The notes below the pieces were generated by a model that saw nothing but the letters and a program-made list of their open reading frames with translations, had not been told where the DNA came from and searched no databases. Made by a program: the position numbers and the translations under genes. This document shows, piece after piece, positions 1 to 10,488 of a stretch of DNA of 64,000 nucleotides; the stretch's first letter is position 1; the number at the start of each line of letters is the position of its first letter. Source of the DNA: Limisphaerales bacterium (GTDB lineage: Bacteria > Verrucomicrobiota > Verrucomicrobiia > Limisphaerales > JAJOIW01); assembly GCA_965657355.1 (NCBI GenBank), contig CBFHOE010000006.1, positions 79,217-143,216 of the forward strand, written 5' to 3'.

Positions 1-2
1 AT

Positions 3-698
3 CCATCGGAAGATTCAAACTTAAAGGAAAAGACACCACGACACGAGGATTCAGACGAAAATCTGACTGAAGAAAGTGGCCAAAAACTATTTTTTCAAAT
101 CGCGGGAGCACTACATTCTGTGGTCATATCTCCGTCAAGTACTGTCATACAGGCATACGGGGAGCAGGAGTTTCAGGCTTATGGCAGAGATAAACAACGG
201 CGCGTTTTATCAGATATTGACAAAGTCGAGTGGGAAATCATGGAAGGAAATCTCACTGTTATTCATGCCAGTGGTAATAAAGCCATATTAGAGGCACCAG
301 GACAGCCGGGACTTGCTAGGATTCGTGCTACATTGCATAGCCGGGGCCTGAAAAAATACTCGGAAGCACTCATCACAATTACTGACTCCGCCCCGTTTAT
401 TGAATTTTCAAAGGAAGAAAATGATCCAACCAATTTTATTCCTGATTTTAAGTTGGTTGATAAAAAAGGAGAACTTTGGAGGTCAAGATTTCTAAATCAA
501 GAGAGGATTATACATATTAACTCAGGGCATAGAGACTATATCTATGCCGCAAAAAACAAAAAAACACTGACAAGATATTTATCCAAACTTTATTGCAAAG
601 AGCTCATTCTTCAGACAAGTTCGCAAAAATCGCCTGAAGACATTTTGGAGCAGATGGTTCAATTGGAGACATACATGGACCAGAACTTAAAAAATTAA
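3..698 (+). CDS. C-terminal part of a protein entering from upstream of the window; resembles the C-terminus of HATPase_c/HSP90-like ATP-binding proteins
   Basis: Frame 3 is open from position 3 (PSEDSNLKEK...LHSVVISP) to TAA at 698. The C-terminal pattern GELWRSR..INSGHRDY..LYCKEL..LEQMVQL is recalled from this family. The ATPase domain itself is outside the window. Confidence 0.5.
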   Translation, partial: PSEDSNLKEKTPRHEDSDENLTEESGQKLFFQIAGALHSVVISPSSTVIQAYGEQEFQAYGRDKQRRVLSDIDKVEWEIMEGNLTVIHASGNKAILEAPGQPGLARIRATLHSRGLKKYSEALITITDSAPFIEFSKEENDPTNFIPDFKLVDKKGELWRSRFLNQERIIHINSGHRDYIYAAKNKKTLTRYLSKLYCKELILQTSSQKSPEDILEQMVQLETYMDQNLKN

Positions 699-1030
699 TA
701 CTGCCTATAGGGTTGCGCCGCACCACCTCCACGCATTTGGTATTCATTTATAGGAGCATAATCAGGACCATCTCCAATTTTATTCCACCGAAGCCTGTGG
801 GATTCGATAGCTTCAATTTCAAGTTTCTCCTTCTCATCTTGTGAAATAAGGCCTCGAGAAAATTGTTTATCTATCTCCATCATTTTGGCTTGTAGTTCTT
901 CTCCTGCTTTTCTCTTCTTAGCTTGGGGGCTCGAACAAGCTGAAAACAAAATTACAAATGAAAGCAATACATTCCATACCAGAGGAGTAAAATTGTTTAA
1001 ATCATATCTTTTTGTTTCAGAAATCATCAC
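695..1030 (-). CDS. Hypothetical lipoprotein
   Basis: Hydrophobic stretch ending in the lipobox-like FSAC, followed by a short helical charged domain. Confidence 0.55.
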   Translation of the reverse strand: MMISETKRYDLNNFTPLVWNVLLSFVILFSACSSPQAKKRKAGEELQAKMMEIDKQFSRGLISQDEKEKLEIEAIESHRLRWNKIGDGPDYAPINEYQMRGGGAAQPYRQY

Positions 1031-1091
1031 GTATGAGGGTAGCGTGGTTTATGGAGCTATTCAACAAATTGAATAACTCCAATCAAATAAT

Positions 1092-1119
1092 AAAGCCCGG
1101 ACTGAAAAGCCCGGGCTTT
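1092..1119 (-). terminator. Intrinsic terminator of the 1305-aa gene
   Basis: AAAGCCCGG-N10-CCGGGCTTT hairpin 30 bp downstream of the stop, followed by T-rich sequence on the minus strand. Confidence 0.75.
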
Positions 1120-1149
1120 GAGTGAAATCAATTTAATCCAAACGTATGA

Positions 1150-4100
1150 TTAATTAGTAGGAATAACCCTGTAGAACATAATAGGATTTGCATCAGGATC
1201 AATTTTAAGAGAAGACTCACCGGATAAGTCGTCAATAGTGACTGAAATCCAATCATTCCAATTCTTAAGATCTTGAGATGTCTGAATTTTATATGTTGCA
1301 GACACGGTTCCTTTGATGGTGATTTCGTCAGACGTAATGCCTAATTCAGCTTTTTCACCGATTACCACGTTAGGTTCGTCATTATCTACTATAGTCACCA
1401 CAGTAGTTTTCACGTCCCCTATTGTGAGGCCCTCTGGGGCGCCTTCTGGCAGACTTAATTCTAACGAGAAGTTTTCATTAGCTTCTTCTGTAGAGTCATC
1501 AGCTATGATTGAAGTGAAGTCGATTTTCTTACTTATTTCACCGTCTTTGAAGCTTACCTTAACATTGGGCTTTTTGAGATCGCCAGACATGACTGTTGCA
1601 GATCCATCAATGACATTCAGTACGATTTCAACATCTCCTGAGTTCCCATTTTTTCTTTCAATTATCAAGCCCATGATGCCATGACCATTTTCATTCACCT
1701 CGTGCTCAGCTGAGCCAAAAGTGAAAGTCCCAGAGCGATTATCATTAGCAAGAACGTCTAACATTGCGACCCTGGAGAATTCTATTGCTTGGCCAACTGA
1801 AACAGAGGCTTTGTATGAACCTTTATCTGAAGCAGTGACTGATTCTATGCGCAATTCAGGGCCTGTGGCACCTGGAATAGGTTGTTCGTTATGATACCAT
1901 TGGATCGCTGCCTGATGTGTTTTCTGGTCAAGTCCTATGGAGAATACGACAGGGCTACCTAGCTCAATTTTCTTATCCGAAGGGTGTTTTACAATAACGT
2001 CTCCAGTGGGGTCTGTATGTTCTGGAACGTTTTGGAAGTTAATACCTTCAGCAATCTCATTAGGTGCCAATGTGATGTCATGTTGAAAGCTAGGAGCACC
2101 TGGGAAAACTTGTGTCCAACCAGATTGCATGACTTCCCTGACGATATAATTTCCGGCAGCAAGCCCTGTGAATTCGTAGCGACCAGACAAGTCTGTTATT
2201 TGAGATGGCTCGCCGGCGTCTAACGTTCCATTTGCATTCAGATCAAGGTAGATCTTCCAGCCTGGCAATCCAGTTCCAGGTGTGGCTGAACTCGGGGCAT
2301 ATAGAACTGGAGATCCAGTTGATGGGTCAATACGGTAGACTTTGTGCATGTCATAGGATGTGACATATAGAACGCCAGTGGAATCAAATGCCAATCCACG
2401 TGCTTGAGATATACCAGTAACATGATCTGAAACGGCCCCAGTTGAATCGATTTTCATGACCTTACCTGCATCGTATGCAGATAGATAAATATTTCCTGAA
2501 GAATCCCTTATTAGACCGCCCTCGGTTCTCTCAGAAGTATCTGCATATAGAGTTCCAGGGGATGATGATGCGGCAGCTCCACTTAGAGTTATGTAGAAAA
2601 CTTTTCCACTTTCTTCGGAAACGTAAATTCGATTCTCGGATTCTGAAATAACAATGCCTTGAGAATTATTATAACCTCCCGTAATAACTGTGGGCGTTAG
2701 AGTTGAAGCATCAAACCTTGTCAAGAATCCGCCGGAGCTCAAGACGTAAAGATTATCGTCCGCATCAAACGCAAGTGCATTAGGATTATCTAAACCGCTG
2801 GCCTGGTCTAGAAGGACAGTGACCGTACCATCAGCAGCCACTTGGAAGACCCTATTTGAGTCATCAGAAACGTGAAGAACCCCTGCGGAATTATATGCCA
2901 TACCAGAAGGTCCAGTGAAGCCTACCGCATGAAGTGAAACAGCACCAGATGAGTCGGCAGATGAGACTTGGCGGCTCTCATTTGCAATCATAAGATTTCC
3001 CGCTGCATCAAAAGCTAATCCAAATGGACCCTGTAAGTTTTCATTCATGGGAGTCCTCTCACCATACTTATAACCAATGATCTTAGCCGAATCTGATGGT
3101 TCTGAGCATATGTCGCGTAGATTTATGTTGTAAGAAATGAGTTGATCAACCACTTCTCCATCTGGAGCCAAGCCGTATGAAACCATATTGGGATCTGTGC
3201 TCAAGCGCATTCTAATTGGTAAAATTACACTTTTTTCTGGGCTGCATTCATCAACAAAATGGTGTCTCTGGGAGAAGGTTGGTTTGAGCTCCTTCACACT
3301 ATTATCACCAGGAACCATTGTGAAATAGACAAGTTCTCCTACATCCTCGAAATCACCATTGAAGTTAAAATCAATATACATTTTGAAGTAGGCTTCTTGC
3401 CCTGTTTCGTTTTGAACCGGGATTCTTGAAATAAGTTTCACATCGAGAAAAACAGAATCTGGTATCGAAGAGGCACTCCCATCGACTGACAGAGAAGTGA
3501 TTGCTGCCAATAATCCTTCTTCGTCCGATTGGTCATTAGAATCATCACCATCTGCTCTGTCAGTGGGTTGTCCATCTGGTTCGCTGTCAATCGTGTCAAC
3601 TCCGATTACTCCTGGATCCGATGGAAGGCTTAGACCTTTACGGATGATGTGACGGGGACCATTATCAGCTAGAGTTGTCTTATAGTCTGGAATAACAGCT
3701 AGGAAATCACCTTCATTTGTACCCACTTCATAATCAGGGAAGTCACCAAAATCCAAATCAGTGCCAGGTTCATTAGGGTCACCAGGATCATCCTCAACTT
3801 TAGCACAGATATGATCGATCCAAAGCTCCTGACCTCCAATGACGAATTCGGTTATTGGAGAGGTTTTAGAAAACAAGCACAACTCTCCTTTGTCATTACC
3901 TGAGCCACCCGCAGGGACAACAACTTTAACTCCACCGATAACATGACCATCGAGGTCTTTGATTTTTCCGACGTTCTTGAGCGGGGATCCATTGACGCTT
4001 AAATTGACGTTGCCGCCATATTCCCCGAATAGGATGCTAACCCCGTCCAACGGTCCAGTCGCACTTTTGAATAACAAGTTGATGTTATTGACTTCCATTT

Positions 4101-5067
4101 CATGTCCAAAGTGGCCGGCTAGTCCCCCATTTTCCACAGTGGCGACTCCACCACTTGTCATAGTGCCATCAGCCCATTGGAAATCCTTGGCTTCAACATC
4201 AAACTCCAAGGTGCCATCGCCATTCGTGACGTTGAAGGTATCGCCTACGTTGTAGGACTTTGACAAAGGGAGTTCCTCAAACTCGACGCAAGGATATGAC
4301 TCATCATGGGTTGAGTATCGAATATCATCGATAGTGTAGATGTCTCGTAGGCTGGCAGGTTCACCGCTGTAGGGCTCCATGAATGCAACTTTCTTGACCG
4401 GGCAGTCTGAGATAAAACCAAAAAATTGAAGTCCACCACCGGGGAAAGGGCCGGCAGCAGTGGTCACGATTTGGACTCTTCCATCTACATATGTTATTTC
4501 AGCCTGCACATCTCTTTTTACTTCTTCTCTTCCGCTTATGTAGCAACCAAAGGCATTTACTGGCCGAGAGAGTGTGAATGAGACGCCCCCTGTGGGGCCA
4601 TCATTGAGAGGATAAACTTGAAGGTGTCGATTGCCACCGGGAGTTGTGTTGAAACCAAGGCCTGGCGACGCACTGGTGGAGTTGGCAATCCCTTGAATAT
4701 TTGGTGATATTGAATTTCCCGTATTAATTAATGTGGCTAAAACATCCGAGTTCAAGGGCAAAGTATTAAAGTTGCCGACTGGGAAAGCTTCAAAGTCAAT
4801 TCTCCCTGGGGTCCCCGATAAGGCAGCCATAGCCGTATCAAAAGTCGATGCCATAGTTTCGGAATTCGTCCCAGTCACTCCTACAGCCATTGGATCATCC
4901 GCCATGAAGAAGGTTATTGGACAATCTGCAAAACCGGCCGTGCCGTGCACTGGTGAAGTTTGGCTGTAGCCCTGAGATACAGCACTGAACACCATCACCA
5001 TGCAGGCTAAGAATGCAGAGATTTTACTGCATCCCCAATTTCTTACATTCCATTGTTGTGTTTTCAT
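1150..5067 (-). CDS. Large secreted modular surface protein (GEVED-like, NHL/SMP-30-type beta-propeller, SdrD-B-like, Ig-like, Calx-beta, C-terminal FYRV motif)
   Basis: Signal peptide; DLDFGDFPD..NGPRH...GEVVD (GEVED); repeated GPxGLAFD/NPNALAFD (NHL); GLPGWKIYLDLNANGTLDAGEP (SdrD-B); IQWYHN..DKGSYKA (Ig); VSFKDGE..DDSTEEANENF..TIVDND (Calx-beta). Confidence 0.85.
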   Translation of the reverse strand: MKTQQWNVRNWGCSKISAFLACMVMVFSAVSQGYSQTSPVHGTAGFADCPITFFMADDPMAVGVTGTNSETMASTFDTAMAALSGTPGRIDFEAFPVGNFNTLPLNSDVLATLINTGNSISPNIQGIANSTSASPGLGFNTTPGGNRHLQVYPLNDGPTGGVSFTLSRPVNAFGCYISGREEVKRDVQAEITYVDGRVQIVTTAAGPFPGGGLQFFGFISDCPVKKVAFMEPYSGEPASLRDIYTIDDIRYSTHDESYPCVEFEELPLSKSYNVGDTFNVTNGDGTLEFDVEAKDFQWADGTMTSGGVATVENGGLAGHFGHEMEVNNINLLFKSATGPLDGVSILFGEYGGNVNLSVNGSPLKNVGKIKDLDGHVIGGVKVVVPAGGSGNDKGELCLFSKTSPITEFVIGGQELWIDHICAKVEDDPGDPNEPGTDLDFGDFPDYEVGTNEGDFLAVIPDYKTTLADNGPRHIIRKGLSLPSDPGVIGVDTIDSEPDGQPTDRADGDDSNDQSDEEGLLAAITSLSVDGSASSIPDSVFLDVKLISRIPVQNETGQEAYFKMYIDFNFNGDFEDVGELVYFTMVPGDNSVKELKPTFSQRHHFVDECSPEKSVILPIRMRLSTDPNMVSYGLAPDGEVVDQLISYNINLRDICSEPSDSAKIIGYKYGERTPMNENLQGPFGLAFDAAGNLMIANESRQVSSADSSGAVSLHAVGFTGPSGMAYNSAGVLHVSDDSNRVFQVAADGTVTVLLDQASGLDNPNALAFDADDNLYVLSSGGFLTRFDASTLTPTVITGGYNNSQGIVISESENRIYVSEESGKVFYITLSGAAASSSPGTLYADTSERTEGGLIRDSSGNIYLSAYDAGKVMKIDSTGAVSDHVTGISQARGLAFDSTGVLYVTSYDMHKVYRIDPSTGSPVLYAPSSATPGTGLPGWKIYLDLNANGTLDAGEPSQITDLSGRYEFTGLAAGNYIVREVMQSGWTQVFPGAPSFQHDITLAPNEIAEGINFQNVPEHTDPTGDVIVKHPSDKKIELGSPVVFSIGLDQKTHQAAIQWYHNEQPIPGATGPELRIESVTASDKGSYKASVSVGQAIEFSRVAMLDVLANDNRSGTFTFGSAEHEVNENGHGIMGLIIERKNGNSGDVEIVLNVIDGSATVMSGDLKKPNVKVSFKDGEISKKIDFTSIIADDSTEEANENFSLELSLPEGAPEGLTIGDVKTTVVTIVDNDEPNVVIGEKAELGITSDEITIKGTVSATYKIQTSQDLKNWNDWISVTIDDLSGESSLKIDPDANPIMFYRVIPTN

Positions 5068-5445
5068 ATCAGTATTATTGTTGAGTTTTTATTGTGAGGC
5101 CTGGCAGAACCTCGTAGCGCAGTTGCGCGATGTAATAAGAATTACCTCTAAACTGAAGGTATCTTTCAGGAATTTAATACTTAAGCTGATCTGACAAGAC
5201 TATTTGAAGACTTTGTAAAACCTTTTGCCCGAGTATATTAAGCAGTGCAAGAACCGCTTGTAGCCTAAATATTTTATTTCTAAATGAATCAATTTATTAA
5301 ATTGCCATGAAAGGTTTCTGATGTAAGTAGGTATATCAGGTAGACGCTTTTCTGTATTAGCAATTGTTTTTTATTTTGAATCACCTAACTAATCGGTTGC
5401 GTTAACGAAAATTTGAATACTTCTTGTTCCGGAGCTTCATCACAA

Positions 5446-6747
5446 TCATTTTTCAGCAAAAAATAAATCGTTTTGCTCATCCCAAAGTTTCTTTATCAAG
5501 CTGTTGTTCGGGATACTGACATCGGCCCATGAAATGGGTGAATCGATACTTACATCTTGCTCGATAAGACAACCGTGAGACAGACCAATCGGCAGAAGAT
5601 TCTCTTCCCTTACTTTTGTTGAATTTTCGCACACTCCATAGGCTGTAAAACCACCGATACCATCAAGCCTATCGCCTTTTTGTAAATTCCTTTTCGCTAC
5701 AGCAATAACGTCAACAACCGGCCCGGCTATAGGCTTAATGGCGGGATCTCCAAGCAGCGCAGCTCTCGCAGCAGTTATGGGAGCCTCTAAATGACATAGA
5801 TGATAGGGCGTATAAAAAGAATACAAAGGACCATTACCCATTTTAAAATATTTTAGGTAGTGTTGGCGATCTGGGTCAATTTCCTTGGCAACAACGTATA
5901 CCCCGGGCCCAGGTTTTGGTCCTACGACATAATCAACGATCCCACCAGATGCTTCTAACATGCTAATGTCGTATTTTTCCGTCAGTTCATCTACATGCCC
6001 CTGGAATTGCATCCCTATCATACCACGCTGACTCACCCTGAATCCAGTTGCATTGGCGACCAAGGCTTGTTCAAAAGAAATTTTCGTACCGTCCGCGAAG
6101 CTGGTGACCATGGTGGGGTTTTGCCCCCATTCCTTCGCAAATGATTCTTGGGTTTTAGGTGTTCGATAATGATCCTGCAATCCCTTTATGTTTCCACAAA
6201 CCAGCGGGGTAAGACCCGAGGCTCGTACGAACCTGAAAAGATTTATCTGAGAACCGGGTTGATCGCCATCCGTCCCAGTAAAAACCAAACCCTTTTGGCT
6301 GGCCTTATAGTGAAGAAGAGGACCAATAGTCGCATCTAATTCTGCGTTGATTAATACGAGGTGCTTTCTGCTATCAATGCATTCCAAAGCAATCTTTGCG
6401 CCCGTCTCTATGGAGCCTGATGCATCGAGAATCACCTCGATTCCCTCTACTTTGCACATGAACATAGGGTCGGAAGTGACAACGAGCTTCCCATCGAGAA
6501 TACTTTGGTTGAGTTCTACTAAATTCGAGGGTTCGGCGTAATCGCGAGGCCCTGATTTTAAAGACCTGAGTAATTCAACAGCTTTCTCAGGTGTTCGGGT
6601 AGCAATGCAGGAAATTTCCATGCCATCAACGCGCTCAATAATCTGTTTGATTAATGCCGAGCCCAAAAAACCACACCCCACGACACCAACCCTTAAAGGG
6701 TGGCCCGATTCAGATCGTTTCTTAAGTGCAGAATCAACAAATATCAT
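5446..6747 (-). CDS. NAD(P)-dependent oxidoreductase, homoserine-dehydrogenase-like with C-terminal SAF domain (COG4091 type)
   Basis: GVVGCGFLG Rossmann motif; DGDQPG and SFADGTK motifs; C-terminal VAKRNLQKGDRLDGIGG (SAF). Confidence 0.85.
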   Translation of the reverse strand: MIFVDSALKKRSESGHPLRVGVVGCGFLGSALIKQIIERVDGMEISCIATRTPEKAVELLRSLKSGPRDYAEPSNLVELNQSILDGKLVVTSDPMFMCKVEGIEVILDASGSIETGAKIALECIDSRKHLVLINAELDATIGPLLHYKASQKGLVFTGTDGDQPGSQINLFRFVRASGLTPLVCGNIKGLQDHYRTPKTQESFAKEWGQNPTMVTSFADGTKISFEQALVANATGFRVSQRGMIGMQFQGHVDELTEKYDISMLEASGGIVDYVVGPKPGPGVYVVAKEIDPDRQHYLKYFKMGNGPLYSFYTPYHLCHLEAPITAARAALLGDPAIKPIAGPVVDVIAVAKRNLQKGDRLDGIGGFTAYGVCENSTKVREENLLPIGLSHGCLIEQDVSIDSPISWADVSIPNNSLIKKLWDEQNDLFFAEK

Positions 6748-6784
6748 CGTGCCAAAAAAAGATTATTCATTGGAGACGAATTCG

Positions 6785-7561
6785 TTATGACCAAACTTTC
6801 CATGGCGGGTTAACAGAAGCCCAGTGATTCTCAAGAACATTCTTATCCCTTAAAGTATCCATACATTGCCAAAAATCTTCGTGACGATAGGCACTTAATT
6901 GATCGTCTTTGGCAAGCTCCATCATGGGCTCGCGCTCAAATACTGTGAAATCTCCTTCGATGTAATCAAAAACTTTGGGCTCCAAGACAAAGAAACCGCC
7001 GTTGATCCATGCTCCATCTCCTTTTGGTTTTTCCTTAAACTGGTCAACTTTTGATTCCCCTTCCCTTAATGAAAAAGCCCCGAACCGGCCGTCTGGCTGA
7101 ACAGCGGTTAAAGTGGCAATTCTTCCCTCGGTTTTATGAAACTCTATCAGCTTTGAAATATTCACGTTGGAAACACCGTCTCCATATGTCATACAAAAGG
7201 TTTCACCTTCAAGGTAGTCTTTTACCCTCAATAATCTTCCACCAGTCATTGAATCCGTTCCAGTATCAACCAGAGTGACTCTCCAAGGCTCCGCCGTATT
7301 TTGGTGGGTTTGCATGGCTCCAGTTTGAAGATCAAAAGTCACATCAGAATTTGAAAGCGCATAGTCTGCAAAGAACTTTTTAATTAATTCACCTTTATAT
7401 CCACAACAGATGACAAAGTCATTGATCCCGTAGTAAGAGTATATCTTCATAATATGCCAAAGAATTGGCTGTGGACCAACGTGGATCATTGGTTTGGGCT
7501 TGATAGTACTTTCCTCACTGATACGTGTTCCAAAACCACCAGCTAATATAACCGCTTTCAC
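6785..7561 (-). CDS. rfbF: Glucose-1-phosphate cytidylyltransferase
   Basis: [54 protein letters not shown]. Confidence 0.93.
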   Translation of the reverse strand: MKAVILAGGFGTRISEESTIKPKPMIHVGPQPILWHIMKIYSYYGINDFVICCGYKGELIKKFFADYALSNSDVTFDLQTGAMQTHQNTAEPWRVTLVDTGTDSMTGGRLLRVKDYLEGETFCMTYGDGVSNVNISKLIEFHKTEGRIATLTAVQPDGRFGAFSLREGESKVDQFKEKPKGDGAWINGGFFVLEPKVFDYIEGDFTVFEREPMMELAKDDQLSAYRHEDFWQCMDTLRDKNVLENHWASVNPPWKVWS

Positions 7562-7642
7562 TTTTATTTCTTATGGGTGACTATTTGTTTGAGTTTGTTA
7601 ATTGGACTATTCTTAAAAACACATATAAAGGCGGCAAACCGA

Positions 7643-8851
7643 TCAATATGCAGAAGTCAAAATTTCTAAAAGATTTTCCTTGGTCGCTTTACGAGGGTTA
7701 AGTTGCATTAAACGGTCAATAGTCGAGGTCTTCTCGGCGAATCCTTCAAGCTCTGATTGATCTATTCCGAATTCCCTCAGCCTCATTGGGATTCCAGTAG
7801 TCTTTTTCAATTCCGAAACTTTTTCAATGGCAGACTTTGAGGCCATTTCAAGATCCATTCCAGTAGTGTGAACGCCAAGCCAATTGGCAATATTGGCCAT
7901 TTCCTTTTCCCTTTCAGGCCTGTTAAATTCCATCATAAATGGAAGCAGTAATGCGTTTCCAGCTCCATGTGAGCAGTAATGCGCCCCCCCGATGGGGTAT
8001 TCCAATCCATGTACGAGAGCAACACCAGCATTTGAAAATGCCAAGCCGGCGAGTGTTGCCGCCAAGCTCATTGCACTTTTTGCATCCATATCATCAGGAT
8101 TATGAACGGCATTTTCAATGTGACTCCCAATAAGTCGTATCGCTTTTTCTGCGAAGATATCTGCCATTGGATTTTTACCGTCATAGGGCATTTCGACGTC
8201 GTCAGGAACTGGCATGTCATAATAATGAACGTTTGTATAAGCCTCGATCGCGTGCGTAAGAGCATCCATCCCGCTTTCAGCGGTGACGTGTTTTGGGCAG
8301 CTAATAGTTAATTCAGGATCCACCAAAGCAATTTCAGGCCGAAAGAAAGGAGATAATGTACTAACCTTTAGGTTCTGGTTATTATCCGTCAGGACAGCTG
8401 CATGAGTCACCTCGCTTCCCGTACCGGATGTCGTTGGAATACACACTGTTGGGATAGTCGGCCCCGGGACCTTTCCAAATCCAAAATAATCTTCAGGAGA
8501 GCCATCAAAAGTCACACCGCATGAAACGATCTTGGCTAGATCCATATTACTTCCTCCGCCTAATCCAACGATAACATCAGGTACAAAGTGTTGGGCTTGC
8601 TCAATGCATTCAATGGCCAAATCTACCGAAGGTTCCGCAACGCCTCCCAAAAAGAGTCTCACATTAGTTCCTGAATCACATACTGATTTGGAAAGCGAGC
8701 TCACATGGCCTGCGGAATCAATTTGGGGATCAGAGACAACGAATATATTTCTCCAGCCTCTTTTTGCACAAATAGAACCGAGCCTGGAAATACCACCACG
8801 CCCAAAAATAATTCTGTTGGATGAATAAAAATTCCAGAAATCTCTCATCAA
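7643..8851 (-). CDS. Iron-containing alcohol dehydrogenase family protein
   Basis: GLGGGSNMD, IPTTSGTGSEVT, GMDALTHAIE, HGLEY..HGAGNA metal ligands. Confidence 0.9.
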   Translation of the reverse strand: MMRDFWNFYSSNRIIFGRGGISRLGSICAKRGWRNIFVVSDPQIDSAGHVSSLSKSVCDSGTNVRLFLGGVAEPSVDLAIECIEQAQHFVPDVIVGLGGGSNMDLAKIVSCGVTFDGSPEDYFGFGKVPGPTIPTVCIPTTSGTGSEVTHAAVLTDNNQNLKVSTLSPFFRPEIALVDPELTISCPKHVTAESGMDALTHAIEAYTNVHYYDMPVPDDVEMPYDGKNPMADIFAEKAIRLIGSHIENAVHNPDDMDAKSAMSLAATLAGLAFSNAGVALVHGLEYPIGGAHYCSHGAGNALLLPFMMEFNRPEREKEMANIANWLGVHTTGMDLEMASKSAIEKVSELKKTTGIPMRLREFGIDQSELEGFAEKTSTIDRLMQLNPRKATKENLLEILTSAY

Positions 8852-8863
8852 TTTGAAATCCGT

Positions 8864-10285
8864 TTACTTTCGTTTTTGAGCAAATTTCATTGTCCAAAAT
8901 TCGGACTTGTTATGGGCCTGATCCATCAAATGAACCATACGTACGACCTTACCAAGATGGCTGGCAGCTATATTATTTGCCTCTCCTAAATCATTTGAGA
9001 GATTATAGAGTTCCACATTCCCAGTATTTAGGCGAATGGCTTTCCAATCACCTTGGCGAATAGCCTGGCGGTGACTGCCAGAATAAAATTCCCAATAAAG
9101 ATAATCATGAGCCTCCTGGGTTCCTGAACTAAGCAGAGTTGGAAGGAACGAAATGGAATCTAATCCCTCTGGTGTTTTCTGACTGCTTAATTCAGCAGCA
9201 GTAGCCATAAGATCACCGAAGTATCCGATATGATTACTTGATGAACCTGGTTTTATTTTACCTGGCCACCATGCGATTGTTGGCACTCGAATTCCACCTT
9301 CAGTTAAGTTTCTTTTTATTCCCTTGAGAGGGCCATTAGAATTGTTGAAGTCTGGGTTATTTCCACCTTCACGATGTGGCCCGTTATCACTGGTAAAAAT
9401 CACCAATGTTTTTTCAGCGATACCGGATGCCTTAATAGTTTCGATTAGTCGCCCAATGTCAGAATCCATGAGGGAAATCATAGCCGCGTGCCCTTTTTGA
9501 GGTTCCGGCCAATCTTTTTCCTCGTAGATCCCATAACTTGGGATCTCCATCCCTTTACGCCCTCCTTCATTATTCGCATGAGGGATAGTTATCGAATAAT
9601 AAAGAAAGAATGGCTTGGACTTATTTTCTTCAACAAAGTTGATAGCGTCATTAGCAAATAAATCATGACTATAATGAACCCTTCCGGTTGCATACCCAGC
9701 ACCATCCAAACGTTCATTCTCAACAATATTCCCTTCTAAATAAACTCTTTGGTCATTTCGAAATAAATATTCCGGGTAAAAATTATGCGCATGTCTTTGG
9801 CATAGATACCCAAAAAAATAATCAAATCCCTGTTTATTTGGAGCGCCTTCTGAGCCAGGCCCACCCAGTCCCCATTTGCCAATCAGTCCAGTAGAATAAC
9901 CTGCTGATTTTAAAAGTTCCGCCACGGTTAAGGTAGCGTCAGGCAGGGGCCATTGCCCCATTGGTTTCACTTCCCTATTTCCTCGTATGTAGGCATGGCC
10001 GGTATGTTTACCAGTCATAAGCACGCATCGCGATGGAGCACAAACAGTCGACCCAGCATAGAAATCGGTAAGTTTCATTCCTTCGTCTGCAAGTCTATCC
10101 AAATGAGGCGTCCGGATTTCTTTCTGGCCGAAACTCCCTAAGTCACCGTATCCCAAGTCATCTGCCATGATCCAAATAATATTGGGGTGGTCCATGGTAG
10201 AGGCCGAAGCAGAGGCAGCTCCCCATAGTGAAAGAGTTAAGCTGAGCACAGTTGAACCGAACAACTTTGTTATCAAAGATGGCAT
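8864..10285 (-). CDS. Secreted arylsulfatase (formylglycine-dependent, S1); start likely ATG 10285, ORF extends to 10336
   Basis: Signal peptide, PNIIWIMADDLGYGD, CAPSR (CxPxR), GKWGLG, SDNGP. Confidence 0.92.
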   Translation of the reverse strand: MPSLITKLFGSTVLSLTLSLWGAASASASTMDHPNIIWIMADDLGYGDLGSFGQKEIRTPHLDRLADEGMKLTDFYAGSTVCAPSRCVLMTGKHTGHAYIRGNREVKPMGQWPLPDATLTVAELLKSAGYSTGLIGKWGLGGPGSEGAPNKQGFDYFFGYLCQRHAHNFYPEYLFRNDQRVYLEGNIVENERLDGAGYATGRVHYSHDLFANDAINFVEENKSKPFFLYYSITIPHANNEGGRKGMEIPSYGIYEEKDWPEPQKGHAAMISLMDSDIGRLIETIKASGIAEKTLVIFTSDNGPHREGGNNPDFNNSNGPLKGIKRNLTEGGIRVPTIAWWPGKIKPGSSSNHIGYFGDLMATAAELSSQKTPEGLDSISFLPTLLSSGTQEAHDYLYWEFYSGSHRQAIRQGDWKAIRLNTGNVELYNLSNDLGEANNIAASHLGKVVRMVHLMDQAHNKSEFWTMKFAQKRK

Positions 10286-10488
10286 GAACCATTTATACCG
10301 GTATTGGGATAGATTTCCAAGACTCAACGAGCCCAATAAAATCCGCCAGATTAGTTTTTAAAAAACACCGCCTCGTGCGTTACAGGAATCAATAACGACG
10401 TTTTTTAAACCGACTATGCCGGTGAAGTATTCAAAGTATTTTATGGATAAAGTCCAAATCCGTACTTATTGTTTTTTAAATTAGAATA

